IMG/VR virus record: IMGVR_UViG_3300009151_009564
Coordinates: 1 to 64,000 of that record
Origin: a virus
Reading direction: 5' to 3' (one strand)
Length of the DNA: 64,000 nucleotides
The translations under genes and the position numbers were made by a program. Under the pieces are notes generated by a model, which was not told where the DNA came from, did no database searches, and saw nothing but the letters and a program-made list of their open reading frames with translations. This document shows, piece by piece, positions 1 to 11,300 of the stretch; position 1 is the first letter of the stretch; each line of letters opens with the position of its first letter.

Positions 1-480
1 TTAGTAAGTTTTTTGGTTAAATCTATAGGATCCCCTATAGTTGTTTATTTTAGATAAAAATGAGTGAGTCATGTTTCCATTATGGATCATTGGGTCAGAA
101 TTTCGCCATCCTAAAAACATATCTTCAACTGTCTTTGGTATATTACCTCTTCGGTAATAATCGAATATGTTAGTTACTTCATGACCGTCTCCAACTTCAT
201 TAGTAGACTCATTTCTAATGTGATTTGCATCAACGTGATTGATTTGATCGTCATCAATCCAACCTATTTGGTATCGGTCTTTACCAAAAAACCCTGGTTG
301 CTTCTCAAGATACAAAATCTTTTCCTTCCCGGTTTTAAAACCTTTAACAAGGATTCTGTATTTTTCTATGTCTTTTACACGCATAGTTTCCCAACTTGAC
401 TTACCAAGTACGTAGGTATCAATGTATTCAAAGTCCTCTCCAAAGTTAAGAGAGTGTTTAGGTAGAAATTCTATTATCAT
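1..480 (-). CDS. hypothetical protein
   Basis: 159 aa ORF, last gene of the ligase operon; TAA at 1-3; no recognisable motif. Confidence 0.7.
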   Translation of the reverse strand: MIIEFLPKHSLNFGEDFEYIDTYVLGKSSWETMRVKDIEKYRILVKGFKTGKEKILYLEKQPGFFGKDRYQIGWIDDDQINHVDANHIRNESTNEVGDGHEVTNIFDYYRRGNIPKTVEDMFLGWRNSDPMIHNGNMTHSFLSKINNYRGSYRFNQKTY

Positions 481-481
481 A

Positions 482-793
482 TTAGTCTAAATTAGTCAAT
501 TTATTCTGTCTTACCATAGAAGAATTAGTTATATGATGTCTGCTTATATCAAAATTCTCTTGATACATATCATTAACATCAGATATAACAACTCGCATCC
601 AAGGGTCCAGATTAGCACCTATTAGTTCAGTGAAATTATTTTCAACACCATTTATTTCTTTTGTGTATTCATGTACTGCCCAGTCCAAAATACTACTTGG
701 ATTACCCGAGCCACTATACAAGAATACAGCAATCTTACCCATCTTACCGTTTTCAAGTAAGTATTCGGACTCGTTTATTGTTAGACCGTTCAT
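482..793 (-). CDS. hypothetical protein with C-terminal RD-tag variant (RQNKLTNLD)
   Basis: 103 aa ORF, start overlaps the ligase stop (TAATG). Confidence 0.75.
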   Translation of the reverse strand: MNGLTINESEYLLENGKMGKIAVFLYSGSGNPSSILDWAVHEYTKEINGVENNFTELIGANLDPWMRVVISDVNDMYQENFDISRHHITNSSMVRQNKLTNLD

Positions 794-2625
794 TATTTTA
801 AAATATTTAACATTGTTTCTAACTGTTCAACAGTCATTATTGTAATACCTAACTCTACTGCTTTCTTCTCTTTAGAAGAACCACTACCAACCGCTTTCAT
901 AATCAAGTGTGTAGTATTCTTTGATACACTACCACCAATTCTACCACCACGAGACTGGATAACTTCCTCAAGGTCAGCACGACGTAATCCGGTGAATACA
1001 AAATTCATACCATCTAAATCAGATGACGTTTTAACATCTTCTACTTTTTCTTGAATGGTGATTGGAAGACCATCAATAAAGTCAAAGAACTTATCATATC
1101 CATCTACATAAGACTTAGCCGAAATTTCAGCGAATCCTTCAATAGACATTACTTGTTCAATAGTTGGTTTAGTTTTGAAGTGTTCCAATAAAGCTAATTT
1201 TTTTGACCCTAACCCCTTGAAAATACCGGTAGCATGTTGTAATTTAGAGAGACTAACGTCCTTTATACATTTTTGTATGGAGTTATAAACAATGGTTGAT
1301 TTACGCTTACCAAAACGGTCAATCTTTTCCAAATCTGTGGCCTTTAAATCCAGAATGTCCTTAACAGTTTTGTAACCAGCATCCCACAACTGTTTGATTA
1401 CACCCTCACCAAAACTCTCAGCTTCCAAGATTTCAAAGAAAGAGACAAGTTGTTTAAACTTTTGCTCATCGGTTTCACCGAGGGTCATAAGTTCAACACC
1501 ATTCTCGTTCCAATCAATGTTAGGAATAGTTGGTAACTGAAATTCAACTGGTTCCACTACTTCATAAATGATAGGAATAACCATACCAGAACGTTTGATA
1601 AGTACTTTAGCACCTACACCCAAACCCAAGTCTTTAACAAAACGTGCGTTATTACCGGTTACATTAGAGATAGTTACCCCATCTAACTTAACAGGATTAA
1701 CATGAAGGGTTGGTTTCAAGTAACCTTGTTTCGAGATGTTCCAAGAAATACCATTGATAGTAGTTTCAGCAGTCTGTTCAAATCGAGGTGATTTGAAAGC
1801 TCTTGCCCAACAAGGATTGTTAGAAGAAGTTTCACGACCTAAATCTCTTTGGAGATCCATGTTATTAACTTCAATGATAAGTCCGTCTATTTCAAAATCT
1901 TCTGACCAAGATTTGAATAGATCGTATAGACTATCTTCTGTGATTTCAGATAGGGATTTTACTTCATATGGAACCTTTACATCTTGACCGGAATTGAGTT
2001 TGTCTAGGATGTCTGATTTGAAATATGTTGTCATAGAATCGACACCATATTTAATGAATAAGAGGTCTTTAAGAGACTCTCTTGCATCCGGTGAGTTGAG
2101 TAATCCAGCAACAAGGTTACGAGGGTTTGCGAAGTCGGATGAGTATTTCTCTATGAAGGTCTTTTTTGGCATCATAACTTCACCAAATGTGTAAGTGAAT
2201 GGTATATGACCATCCCTTTGGTAATGATTCCCAATCAGTCTGTAGTGTTCGTCTGATTTTTGACCGTATTCACCATCACCACGAGTCCAAGCATCTCCGG
2301 TGAACTCATTTACGCATAGTGAAAGACCGTCATACTTAGGAGTTATGATTACTTCAACGCACAATGGTATCTTTTTAAGTCTAAACCACTCTTTAATCTC
2401 GTCGAGTGTTTTAACCTTATTCATAGAAGCCATTGGGATAGGTAGTTTACTTTTGCGGGTTTCGTCTTGTATCTGATGTCCTATTTGTTCGAATAGTTCA
2501 TTAGAAGGATCTAATAGACTAAGTTCATCAACAAGTTGGTCGTATTCATAATCAGTCATTATTGGATGACCTAAACGATAAGCGTCGTTAGCTGATTTTA
2601 TCTTGAGGGAGAGTTCTTGAATCAT
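793..2625 (-). CDS. ligA: NAD-dependent DNA ligase
   Basis: KYDG adenylation motif, TRGDG, NPRN, EIDGLII, OB fold (RSGMVIP), HhH repeats, C-terminal BRCT (FVFTG...GSVSKNT). Confidence 0.97.
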   Translation of the reverse strand: MIQELSLKIKSANDAYRLGHPIMTDYEYDQLVDELSLLDPSNELFEQIGHQIQDETRKSKLPIPMASMNKVKTLDEIKEWFRLKKIPLCVEVIITPKYDGLSLCVNEFTGDAWTRGDGEYGQKSDEHYRLIGNHYQRDGHIPFTYTFGEVMMPKKTFIEKYSSDFANPRNLVAGLLNSPDARESLKDLLFIKYGVDSMTTYFKSDILDKLNSGQDVKVPYEVKSLSEITEDSLYDLFKSWSEDFEIDGLIIEVNNMDLQRDLGRETSSNNPCWARAFKSPRFEQTAETTINGISWNISKQGYLKPTLHVNPVKLDGVTISNVTGNNARFVKDLGLGVGAKVLIKRSGMVIPIIYEVVEPVEFQLPTIPNIDWNENGVELMTLGETDEQKFKQLVSFFEILEAESFGEGVIKQLWDAGYKTVKDILDLKATDLEKIDRFGKRKSTIVYNSIQKCIKDVSLSKLQHATGIFKGLGSKKLALLEHFKTKPTIEQVMSIEGFAEISAKSYVDGYDKFFDFIDGLPITIQEKVEDVKTSSDLDGMNFVFTGLRRADLEEVIQSRGGRIGGSVSKNTTHLIMKAVGSGSSKEKKAVELGITIMTVEQLETMLNILK

Positions 2626-2631
2626 ATTCTA

Positions 2632-2662
2632 CAAATATACGCTAATTTTTTATTAAAACAAA
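2632..2662 (-). promoter_or_regulatory. Bacteroidetes sigma70-type promoter (TTTG-N19-TATATTTG)
   Basis: Matches the -33/-7 consensus; the ligA ATG lies 6 nt downstream. Confidence 0.75.
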
Positions 2663-2686
2663 ATTTAATATACATATTATAAGTGT

Positions 2687-4555
2687 ATGGATATAAATAT
2701 TATCACGAGATGTACCCGACCTTATAATCTTATAAAGATAAAAGAATCTTTATTAAATAACAAGAAAATAAATATTATTTGGTGGGTAATTTTTGATACA
2801 TCAATACTCAAAGATATTGATGTTGAGTTATTATCTATATTAAATAGTGATGACTTTAAAATCAACCTTAGATTTCTAAAATCTACTCCCGGTGCTTGTG
2901 GTTACGATCTAATCAATCAAATACTAAAAGAGATTGATCCTAATGAGTGGATGTATTTATTAGATGATGATAATATCTTACACCCCAATTTTTCAGAAGT
3001 TATTGGTGATATAAAAACCGATAAGTCAGTTATTACTTTTTCACAATTCGTAGATAAAAAAGATTTCACTGGTCTTGAATATAGAATAGCTATTCCTGAA
3101 AATATGAGATTTCAAGGTATAGATTCAGCTCAAATCTTAATAAAAAGATCTATGGTTAGTGAGTTTGCTCTTAACTATGCGGCTGATGGTATATTAATAG
3201 ATGCTCTTTATAAGTCAAATCCTGAAGAGTTCTTATTGATAGATAAAGTTATCAGTTATTACAACTTTATACCTAGTCCAAAATCTTCTTCTCTACCAAG
3301 AGTTCTTTTATTGGGATTGGATGAAAAGGTAGATTTAAAGTCTATAGTTCCAGCTGATTATGAGTCAAAAGATCTTTTGACTTTACAATTAAAAGAAGAT
3401 GATAATCTAGATGAAATTGTTTCTACTTTTAATCCAGATTCAATAGTTACTATTGGGGAGTCTTTTGATAAGTTTCCTAACCTATGTAACTTATCTTTAG
3501 ATATAAGAAGAAGGTGGTCACATTTTGATAAGGTATCTGATACAACTGGTGAGTCAGCGTACTTGGTTGCTAGTAACTATATTTTAAATCCATATCAAAC
3601 AAACAATCCGTTGATTAGTTTCTTTACTCCTTTTTTCAATACTGGGGAAAAGTTATGGAGAACTTATGAATCAGTAAAGAACCAAAGTTATACTAACTGG
3701 GAGTGGGTTTTAGTTAATGATTCTAATGATTGTGGTAAAACTCTTAAAATAGCTGAAGAGATTGCTAAGATAGATTGTAGAGTAAAGGTTTATGATTTCA
3801 GGGAAAAATCTGGTGGTATAGTTGGTGAATCTAAATATAGAGCGGCTTCTTTAGCTAAAGGTTTATATTTAATGGAGTTGGATCATGATGATTATATAAC
3901 TCCGGATGCTGCTTATTGGATGGTTGAAGCATTTCAAAAGTATCCAGAAGCAAAGTTTGTTTATTCTGATTGTGTGGAGATATATGAGAACCATGAGATG
4001 GCATTTGTATATGGGGAAGGTTTCTCATTTGGATATGGTTCATATCGGGATGAGGTTTATAATGGTAGAAGTTATAAAGTAATAAATACCGCAAATATTA
4101 ACCCAAAGACTATACGTCATATAGTTGGTGTACCTAATCATTTTAGAGCATGGGATAGGTTCTTCTATCACTCAATAGGTGGTCATAATAGAAGATTGAC
4201 TATAGCTGATGATTATGAGTTGATTGTTCGTACTTTCTTAAAGACCAAGATGGTTAGAATACCTAAGCTATTGTATTTACAGTTTTATCATAATAATAAC
4301 ACACAGAATGCAACAAGAGCTGATATTCAAAGAAGAGTTAGAACGATTAGTAGTCATTATAACCATCAAATTTATCAACGATTTAAGGAGTTGGGTGTAG
4401 TGGATTGGGCGTATGAATCTAACCCAGAGAATCCGCTATATGTTGAAAGTAGATTTGGTAATCAGGAGAACTATGTTAATCTAACATTTGGAGAGTCTGG
4501 TGATCAATATCAGTATAATCAAAACAATCAAACAACTTTAAATTATTTGTTTTAG
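2687..4555 (+). CDS. tandem GT-A (family 2) glycosyltransferase
   Basis: Two GT2-like domains: IITRCTRP...LDDDN, and ISFFTPFFN...WEWVLVND...ELDHDD...ADDYEL. Confidence 0.85.
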   Translation: MDINIITRCTRPYNLIKIKESLLNNKKINIIWWVIFDTSILKDIDVELLSILNSDDFKINLRFLKSTPGACGYDLINQILKEIDPNEWMYLLDDDNILHPNFSEVIGDIKTDKSVITFSQFVDKKDFTGLEYRIAIPENMRFQGIDSAQILIKRSMVSEFALNYAADGILIDALYKSNPEEFLLIDKVISYYNFIPSPKSSSLPRVLLLGLDEKVDLKSIVPADYESKDLLTLQLKEDDNLDEIVSTFNPDSIVTIGESFDKFPNLCNLSLDIRRRWSHFDKVSDTTGESAYLVASNYILNPYQTNNPLISFFTPFFNTGEKLWRTYESVKNQSYTNWEWVLVNDSNDCGKTLKIAEEIAKIDCRVKVYDFREKSGGIVGESKYRAASLAKGLYLMELDHDDYITPDAAYWMVEAFQKYPEAKFVYSDCVEIYENHEMAFVYGEGFSFGYGSYRDEVYNGRSYKVINTANINPKTIRHIVGVPNHFRAWDRFFYHSIGGHNRRLTIADDYELIVRTFLKTKMVRIPKLLYLQFYHNNNTQNATRADIQRRVRTISSHYNHQIYQRFKELGVVDWAYESNPENPLYVESRFGNQENYVNLTFGESGDQYQYNQNNQTTLNYLF

Positions 4556-5074
4556 AACGATTTCTCTTTTGTATTGTAGATCTAGGTTATTAATGATTTC
4601 TTTCCAGAAATTTTGATTAAGTTTTCCTTTATGTACTACAAAAGAGTTTTTGTTTGTAACACTGTATTTTTCTTCTACTATTTTAGCTTCTTTATCATAT
4701 CCAAAACATATATATGTTTGACCACTAATGGTTATATAAAGATCAAAATCTGTAGATACTTTCCAACGGTATGTTTGCATTTGTTCAACTACTTCTTTGT
4801 CTATTTGTAAAGACATAGTTGAGTTGAAAAAAGTAGTATAACTAGATGTTGATAATCTTGTTGTATTTGGATATTTTTTGGATCCAACGGATACAAGATA
4901 TCTTGACTTTTGATTTTCACACCATCCATTATACCAAGTCATAGCAGGTTCAATTATATGAACTTCATACCTTCTACCACCATAAGCTCTAGTGTAGTTA
5001 GACTCTTCACGTATAACAAGAGGTTCTTTGCACTTCTTGAAACCAATAGATTGTATTTTCTTTAAATAGTTCAT
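4538..5074 (-). CDS. hypothetical protein with C-terminal RD-tag (REIVLKQII)
   Basis: 178 aa ORF preceded by TATCTTTG (5080-5087) 5 nt upstream. Confidence 0.8.
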   Translation of the reverse strand: MNYLKKIQSIGFKKCKEPLVIREESNYTRAYGGRRYEVHIIEPAMTWYNGWCENQKSRYLVSVGSKKYPNTTRLSTSSYTTFFNSTMSLQIDKEVVEQMQTYRWKVSTDFDLYITISGQTYICFGYDKEAKIVEEKYSVTNKNSFVVHKGKLNQNFWKEIINNLDLQYKREIVLKQII

Positions 5075-5143
5075 TTTGGCAAAGATAATAATTCCAAGTG
5101 AGACTTACGATTATTAATATATAAACAAAAATAAATAGCTCAA

Positions 5144-8100
5144 ATGCCTGTACAGAGTTCTTTTCCTAGTGTAGCTGAACAGATACTTACATTCAATAGT
5201 AATGTGGTTTCACTATTATCAAATATAAACTCCTTAGTATCAAGTACTGCTAGTTCAGTAACATTTAATATTATTGATCAATCTGGTATATCCAGACAAT
5301 ACAGTTTACCATCTTTTGGATACCTTCAATCTGAGATTAATAGATTGAATCATAATGTAAACTCTATCTATAATATAGATGGTGGTGGTGCTCAAATACA
5401 ACCAACTAATGCTAATAAGTTTCAAAAGGTGGTAACTATAGATCTTAATCTACAACCGAGTGATGTAAGTAACATCCCAACTATTTCTAATTTTACAGTT
5501 AAAGATAACTTCTTTTTTGACACATTACTTAATCCAAGTATGTCTATTATAGCTGACTTAACAGGTAAAATACCTGATAATGTAAGAAAAGTATTAATAA
5601 GAAGATATATTCCTAAGTTTTCTCAAGATGCTTCTGGAAATTTTACACCAACTGGTCAGGCGGCCTTAAATAGTTTTAATAGTTTATTTAGAAACAATAA
5701 TAGTTTTACACTTGATGATTTTCTAACATGGCATCAAAATACTCCGGGTATAGTATCTCCATTTGAACCGCCATATGAGGAAAAGATGGTTGATTTACAA
5801 CCTAATCAGTTGCAATACGATGGTAAGTTCTCAGTTATTAAAATTGAGGAGGATACTTTAAATAGGAAACTTTGGTATTGGGTCGATACATTAACATATG
5901 TGGAGAATGTATTTGTAAACGGTATAGAACAACAGCAGCAAAAACAATTAGCTATTGGTGATCAGATCATTATAAATACTGATTCTTCTACTACAATATA
6001 TCAAATACTGGAAATATCAACTTCTACTTCAAGTCCTAGATTAAGATTTGAGAGAATACAAGGATACCAACCTATTCCGGTTGGGATACAAACAATTAAA
6101 ATATACTCAGCAGTTTTGTATGATAAAATGGTTAGTATAAATATTGGTTATAATGAAAGAAATGCTCTTTTTGTTAAGGCATTGGATATGAATAACTATA
6201 TTCTTTCTAATAATTGGAGTACTGGTGTTGGATATTGGACAAATGATCTAAAAGACATATCCAGTGGAATGACTATGGAACAGTTCTATACTCAATATGT
6301 TGATGACTATGGTAAACTATTACAAGATTTGGTTGCTAAAAAAACACCAACTTCTTTAGCTGGTACACCAAACGCAGTTAGTTTAGTTAGTTCCAACTTT
6401 AAAGTGGTTCAGATAAACAAACATTTAACTGACACCCCCAACTCTAATCTTATATTAAATAAGCACAATCAACAAAAGACTTTGAAATCTGAAGTTCAAC
6501 AGTTAAACGATGCGATAACTGATAAGAATAAACAACTAAGAGTAACGAGATTTACATCAGATGCCGCTAGAAAGCAACATGTTAATGAGATTGATTTATT
6601 GACTAAACAAAGAGATAGTAAATCTACTCTTTTATCATCTGTAAATTCGGAAATACTTGATATATCAAAATCTCCGGTTACGAGTGTACCTCCGGTATTT
6701 CACGTTAGAGGTTTCTGGTCTATACCTGAACCTATTTATACAAGGGGTACAAAACCTCAACAAGTAGTTCAGTTTATAGTTCAGTATAGATATTTAAGTT
6801 CTGATGGTAAAGAATCACCAGTTGAAACATTTAAACTAGCGGACGCTCCGGCAACAGCAGCTAGTTCACTTAAAAATGGTGCATTCTCTAACTGGCGTGA
6901 GTTTAAAACAGACGCATTGAAAAGAACATATGATGCTTCGACTAAACAATATACTTGGATGACAGAAGATCTTTCCAACCCGGACTTACCTAATATTAAT
7001 CAGTTAGATATACCGATTCAATATAATGAAAACGTTCAGATTAGAATAAAATCTATATCTGAAGTTGGTTGGCCAGATTCACCAGTTGAATCAGATTGGA
7101 GTAATACAATAACTGTTAACTTCCCAGATTCTCTTAATAACGTTATTAATCAGAATGTTGGTATAGTTCAAACTGCTAACTCGGAAGCTGTTAGGATAAG
7201 TGTAACTAATGATTTAAGTGCAAGAGGATTAGATCATTTACTTGCTCAACAAATTACTGTTAATAATAAAACATTTAACTTATCTACAGATACAGTACTT
7301 TCTGGTTTCCATGATGTAAATGGGGTGGCTACTAGTTTGATTGATCACTTGACAGCAATGAATACTAGATTGGCTGCGTTAGAAGATAAGATCACAAGAG
7401 CACAAGGTCAACTTGTTGTTTCTATCTATAGAAACAGTGAACAATTTGTTGTTCAAAACGGTAGTGAGTTATCATTTAATGTTGAGTGTGAAGACTATCT
7501 TGATACATATAATGCTGCTGGTGTTCCTACTGGTAGAGTTTATCAAAATAATATTTACGTTGTTAAGGATTTCCTAATGAAAATAAGTAATGCTTCAACA
7601 TCATCACCACTAGGACTTTTATCAAGTAGAACATATGCTAATAATACGGATGTTTATAACTCTTCTATACCACAAGTATTCTGGGTTGACCCTCAAAATG
7701 AGCTTATCGTTGATAATAGCACTGGTGTTAGTAAGACACAGTTAGATAACTTATTTATTTGGTCTGTTAACTATGATAGTGTTAACCAAACAACGGTAAC
7801 TAAGTTAGGTGATAACATAGGAAATAACTTCTTATCATTAAGCAATAACTCAATAACAAGTGTTCTTTCGTCAAATGAGTTTAATCTAGGTTATTCGGAA
7901 AACTCAATACTTACATTTGTTGGTAATAATACATCATTATTAGATCCATCTAAGTGGATTGATCCTTCAATAAGTGTTGCTTCTACTACCAAGTTATTAA
8001 CAAGTATTCACCCTCAAGTTCAGGGGTTAGATAAAGTACAAGAAACTAACTCAACTAAGGTACATACGATAAATGGTGGGGTTCAGAATGATATTAATGT

Positions 8101-8347
8101 ACCGATTAACATTTACTTTAAGATGAACTCATTGGATTCAAATCTAACGGGATTGAACTATGAGTATGTTAACTTAAATGGATCTAAAACAACGGTGAGA
8201 CATATTAAGAAGCTTAAATTCTTCTTAGAGAATGAGTCGGAGAATAGACCGTTTGTATTTACGGTTAAGTTTACAATAAGTAGGTCTAAGATTGCTGTAA
8301 AGAAAACTTTAACATCAACACCGACACAATTAATATCAACTAGATAA
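5144..8347 (+). CDS. large putative virion structural protein (coiled coils, beta-rich)
   Basis: 1067 aa, N/S/T-rich, two coiled-coil segments; TAATATATA at 5115-5123; coupled to the next gene. Structural role is inferred. Confidence 0.6.
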   Translation: MPVQSSFPSVAEQILTFNSNVVSLLSNINSLVSSTASSVTFNIIDQSGISRQYSLPSFGYLQSEINRLNHNVNSIYNIDGGGAQIQPTNANKFQKVVTIDLNLQPSDVSNIPTISNFTVKDNFFFDTLLNPSMSIIADLTGKIPDNVRKVLIRRYIPKFSQDASGNFTPTGQAALNSFNSLFRNNNSFTLDDFLTWHQNTPGIVSPFEPPYEEKMVDLQPNQLQYDGKFSVIKIEEDTLNRKLWYWVDTLTYVENVFVNGIEQQQQKQLAIGDQIIINTDSSTTIYQILEISTSTSSPRLRFERIQGYQPIPVGIQTIKIYSAVLYDKMVSINIGYNERNALFVKALDMNNYILSNNWSTGVGYWTNDLKDISSGMTMEQFYTQYVDDYGKLLQDLVAKKTPTSLAGTPNAVSLVSSNFKVVQINKHLTDTPNSNLILNKHNQQKTLKSEVQQLNDAITDKNKQLRVTRFTSDAARKQHVNEIDLLTKQRDSKSTLLSSVNSEILDISKSPVTSVPPVFHVRGFWSIPEPIYTRGTKPQQVVQFIVQYRYLSSDGKESPVETFKLADAPATAASSLKNGAFSNWREFKTDALKRTYDASTKQYTWMTEDLSNPDLPNINQLDIPIQYNENVQIRIKSISEVGWPDSPVESDWSNTITVNFPDSLNNVINQNVGIVQTANSEAVRISVTNDLSARGLDHLLAQQITVNNKTFNLSTDTVLSGFHDVNGVATSLIDHLTAMNTRLAALEDKITRAQGQLVVSIYRNSEQFVVQNGSELSFNVECEDYLDTYNAAGVPTGRVYQNNIYVVKDFLMKISNASTSSPLGLLSSRTYANNTDVYNSSIPQVFWVDPQNELIVDNSTGVSKTQLDNLFIWSVNYDSVNQTTVTKLGDNIGNNFLSLSNNSITSVLSSNEFNLGYSENSILTFVGNNTSLLDPSKWIDPSISVASTTKLLTSIHPQVQGLDKVQETNSTKVHTINGGVQNDINVPINIYFKMNSLDSNLTGLNYEYVNLNGSKTTVRHIKKLKFFLENESENRPFVFTVKFTISRSKIAVKKTLTSTPTQLISTR

Positions 8348-11300
8348 TGAAGAGTCATGCTATACTAAGAACCAATGTTGGATTGACAAGTAATGTCAAA
8401 TTAATGGTAGGGTCTACCTACAGTCTTTATCTCGATTCAATAGAATCGGATCCAGCTTTGGCTGCAACAAGATATAAGAAGTTACAATTTACAAAGGATA
8501 ACTTCTGGGATGAGTTATTACCACACTTTTACAAGAATACACCTATTAATACAGCGTTTATGGTTAAGTTTGATAATGACAATGATAAAATGGCTACTGA
8601 TTTCTCTAAACAGTATGACGATTTATATTGTTATGGAGCTAGAAACATAGTTAATAATAAAGACTATGATGAAGAGTATGAGTATTTTGCTCCTCTTTAT
8701 ATTAAAAAGTCAAAACTTCCTAAAAAGTTTGTAATATTTCGTATAGATGGTCCTGGATTGAATGTACATGATAAAAGTAATTTTTATTCGGAGATTGTTA
8801 GTAATCTAAAATGTATTAAGATGTTTGATCTTACTCGAGCTACAGAACTTGGTGAGTGGATTGAAACAAATATAACAAAGAATAAAAACTATCCAACCAA
8901 CTCCTTCTATATGGATTTCAGACCAAGTGAGTTCTCTTCATGGTTTGGAGTTGATTATGAAGATGGTGGATATAGTGAAAAAGCTTTCATGTTGGATGCT
9001 ATGCTTCAGTATGAAAATACTTATCATGATTTTGAAAAAATGATATATGACGGTTTTAAAAACAATAAAGTTATTTATCCTCATATAATCAATTTTAGTT
9101 TTCTTTTTAATGATACTCCTGCAACTCCTACTTCCCTTAGAAGATGGTCTTTGAATAGGTACTTAGGTTTTTATCTTGATGATCTAACATTAAAAACATG
9201 GGTTAGTCCATATGAACTACCTAATATTAAGTCAGACGCTATAATAGATAATTACAATGTATTATCTAGTCCTACTGGGGACGCTTTTGTTGATACATTT
9301 AAGAAGAACGAGTTTCCTTATATTGAAGTAAATGGTGAGTTTTATAAGATTGAAAGATATTCAACTACTGAAAATCAAGTTATTAGGGTAGAAACATCAC
9401 CTGGGACTTTTCAGGATATCTTATCTCCGGTTAGTACAACTAAATATAAGATAATAGCTAATGTTTCATTAGCTGGTTTACAATCAACAATCAATAAAAA
9501 TCTTATATTGATTGATTCAAGTACTGGTAAGAATAGATTGTCATATTATAATGGCAATACGTTTGTTATTGACGGATTTGAAAATGCGGATGTTTGGTTA
9601 ATACAAATAGGTGATATGTTTCACAATATTGTTAAGAATCAAGATGGTGAATATTATATCCAATCTGATTATGCTTTCTCACAGTCTTTGGAAAAGTTTG
9701 ATTATTACGTCAATGATCCAGATCCTAAATACAGGACTTCAATAGATTTGAAGATCACATCTGATAATGTGATTACTAAATTTGGTATTTATAGTTGTAA
9801 GTTTAGTGATATCAAAGATTTTGATACAGATATCATTGAGACAAAGTTTGCTAAACATGAATATGAGAAAAAAGCTGAGTTAACTTTAACTGATGAGCCT
9901 AAATTCCATACTATAAATCACCAATCTTTAACACATCCTAAGGACTTAAATGATTATAAGATAAGTGGTGTAGTTACAAACATACCGGCGGCTTCTGAAT
10001 ATACAGCAAATGCTGAGACATTTAGATTAGTTGATAATAAGTTGTCTACTATATGGAGAAAGAACTCTGAAAGGTTGAAGTGGGGATTTAAAGGATCTGT
10101 TTCAGCAAATGATTACCCTTATTTATTGAACAACTCTTTTTCAGCAGAAGATCATAACAGAACGACTAATGTCTTTGCTATGCATCCACATAGACCGGAT
10201 CGTAATCTAGATTATTTTATGAGTGTTAACTCATCAAGTAAGGATTATCTACACCATAGTTTACATGTTCAAAAACATTTACCAACTGGTGAGATAGATA
10301 CTTCGTTTAACTTTGAGTTAGATAAGTATCTTGGTGTAAACTATGATTTAGATTATTTTGACTACTTCTTCAGTATGAAGTCTTACTTCGATGGTGGTAA
10401 TATTACTGCTAATACGGCTAAGTATTCTTATTTCAATACTGGTGATAATGTTACTCCTAACCTTACTTTATACAGAGGTATGAAGTTTAAGATCTCTGAT
10501 GTTGATACGGTTAAGATAACTAATGGACAAATTGAAAATATCAACCTAAAGAACTCAAATAATTGGGAAGACTATAGATTTGGCGTTCTTATTAGTAAGA
10601 ATAACTGGGTTGTTAACTCGGTTATAGATAACCTAAATATAGGTACTATTTCATATACTCAGAATATTCTACAATGGAATATCATAGATAACTGGAAGCA
10701 TGATCAGATTTATACATCAGGTAGTGTTGTATCTTGGAACGAAATACTTTGGATATCAACTACACAATCACAGATAATAGATCCAAATTATGATCCTTCT
10801 AACTCAAGTGATTGGCAGTTATTTACATATTATAACTTATTATCTTATCCAACTATATTCTGGTCACCAGCATTTGATGGGACGAACCCAACGAGTTCAA
10901 ATAATATGTATGGTCAGTTTAGTGGTAACTTACCACCACTTGTTTGGAATAGTGGTGAGTATTACTACTCAACTGGTGCGTCAGGTAGTAACTTTTGGAA
11001 TCCTAACTTATCTTATGACATGGGAGATGTTGTGTTGTATAATAATACGACTTGGATTTCTAATACTTCAAGTAATACTATAACTCCGGGTAATCAATTA
11101 TTTACCTTAACAACACCGTATGTAGATTCAAATGGTGTAACTATATCATATCAACCTTATTGGAGTTCAACATCTACATCTTCAACTATTTGGAACGTGG
11201 TTGAGCTTTGGAAGCAAGATTTTCTTTATACTCCTACCGACACTAACTGGTCGTCATCGTTTGATTCGGGTCATTATGTTGTTTATAATGATGTTGTTTA

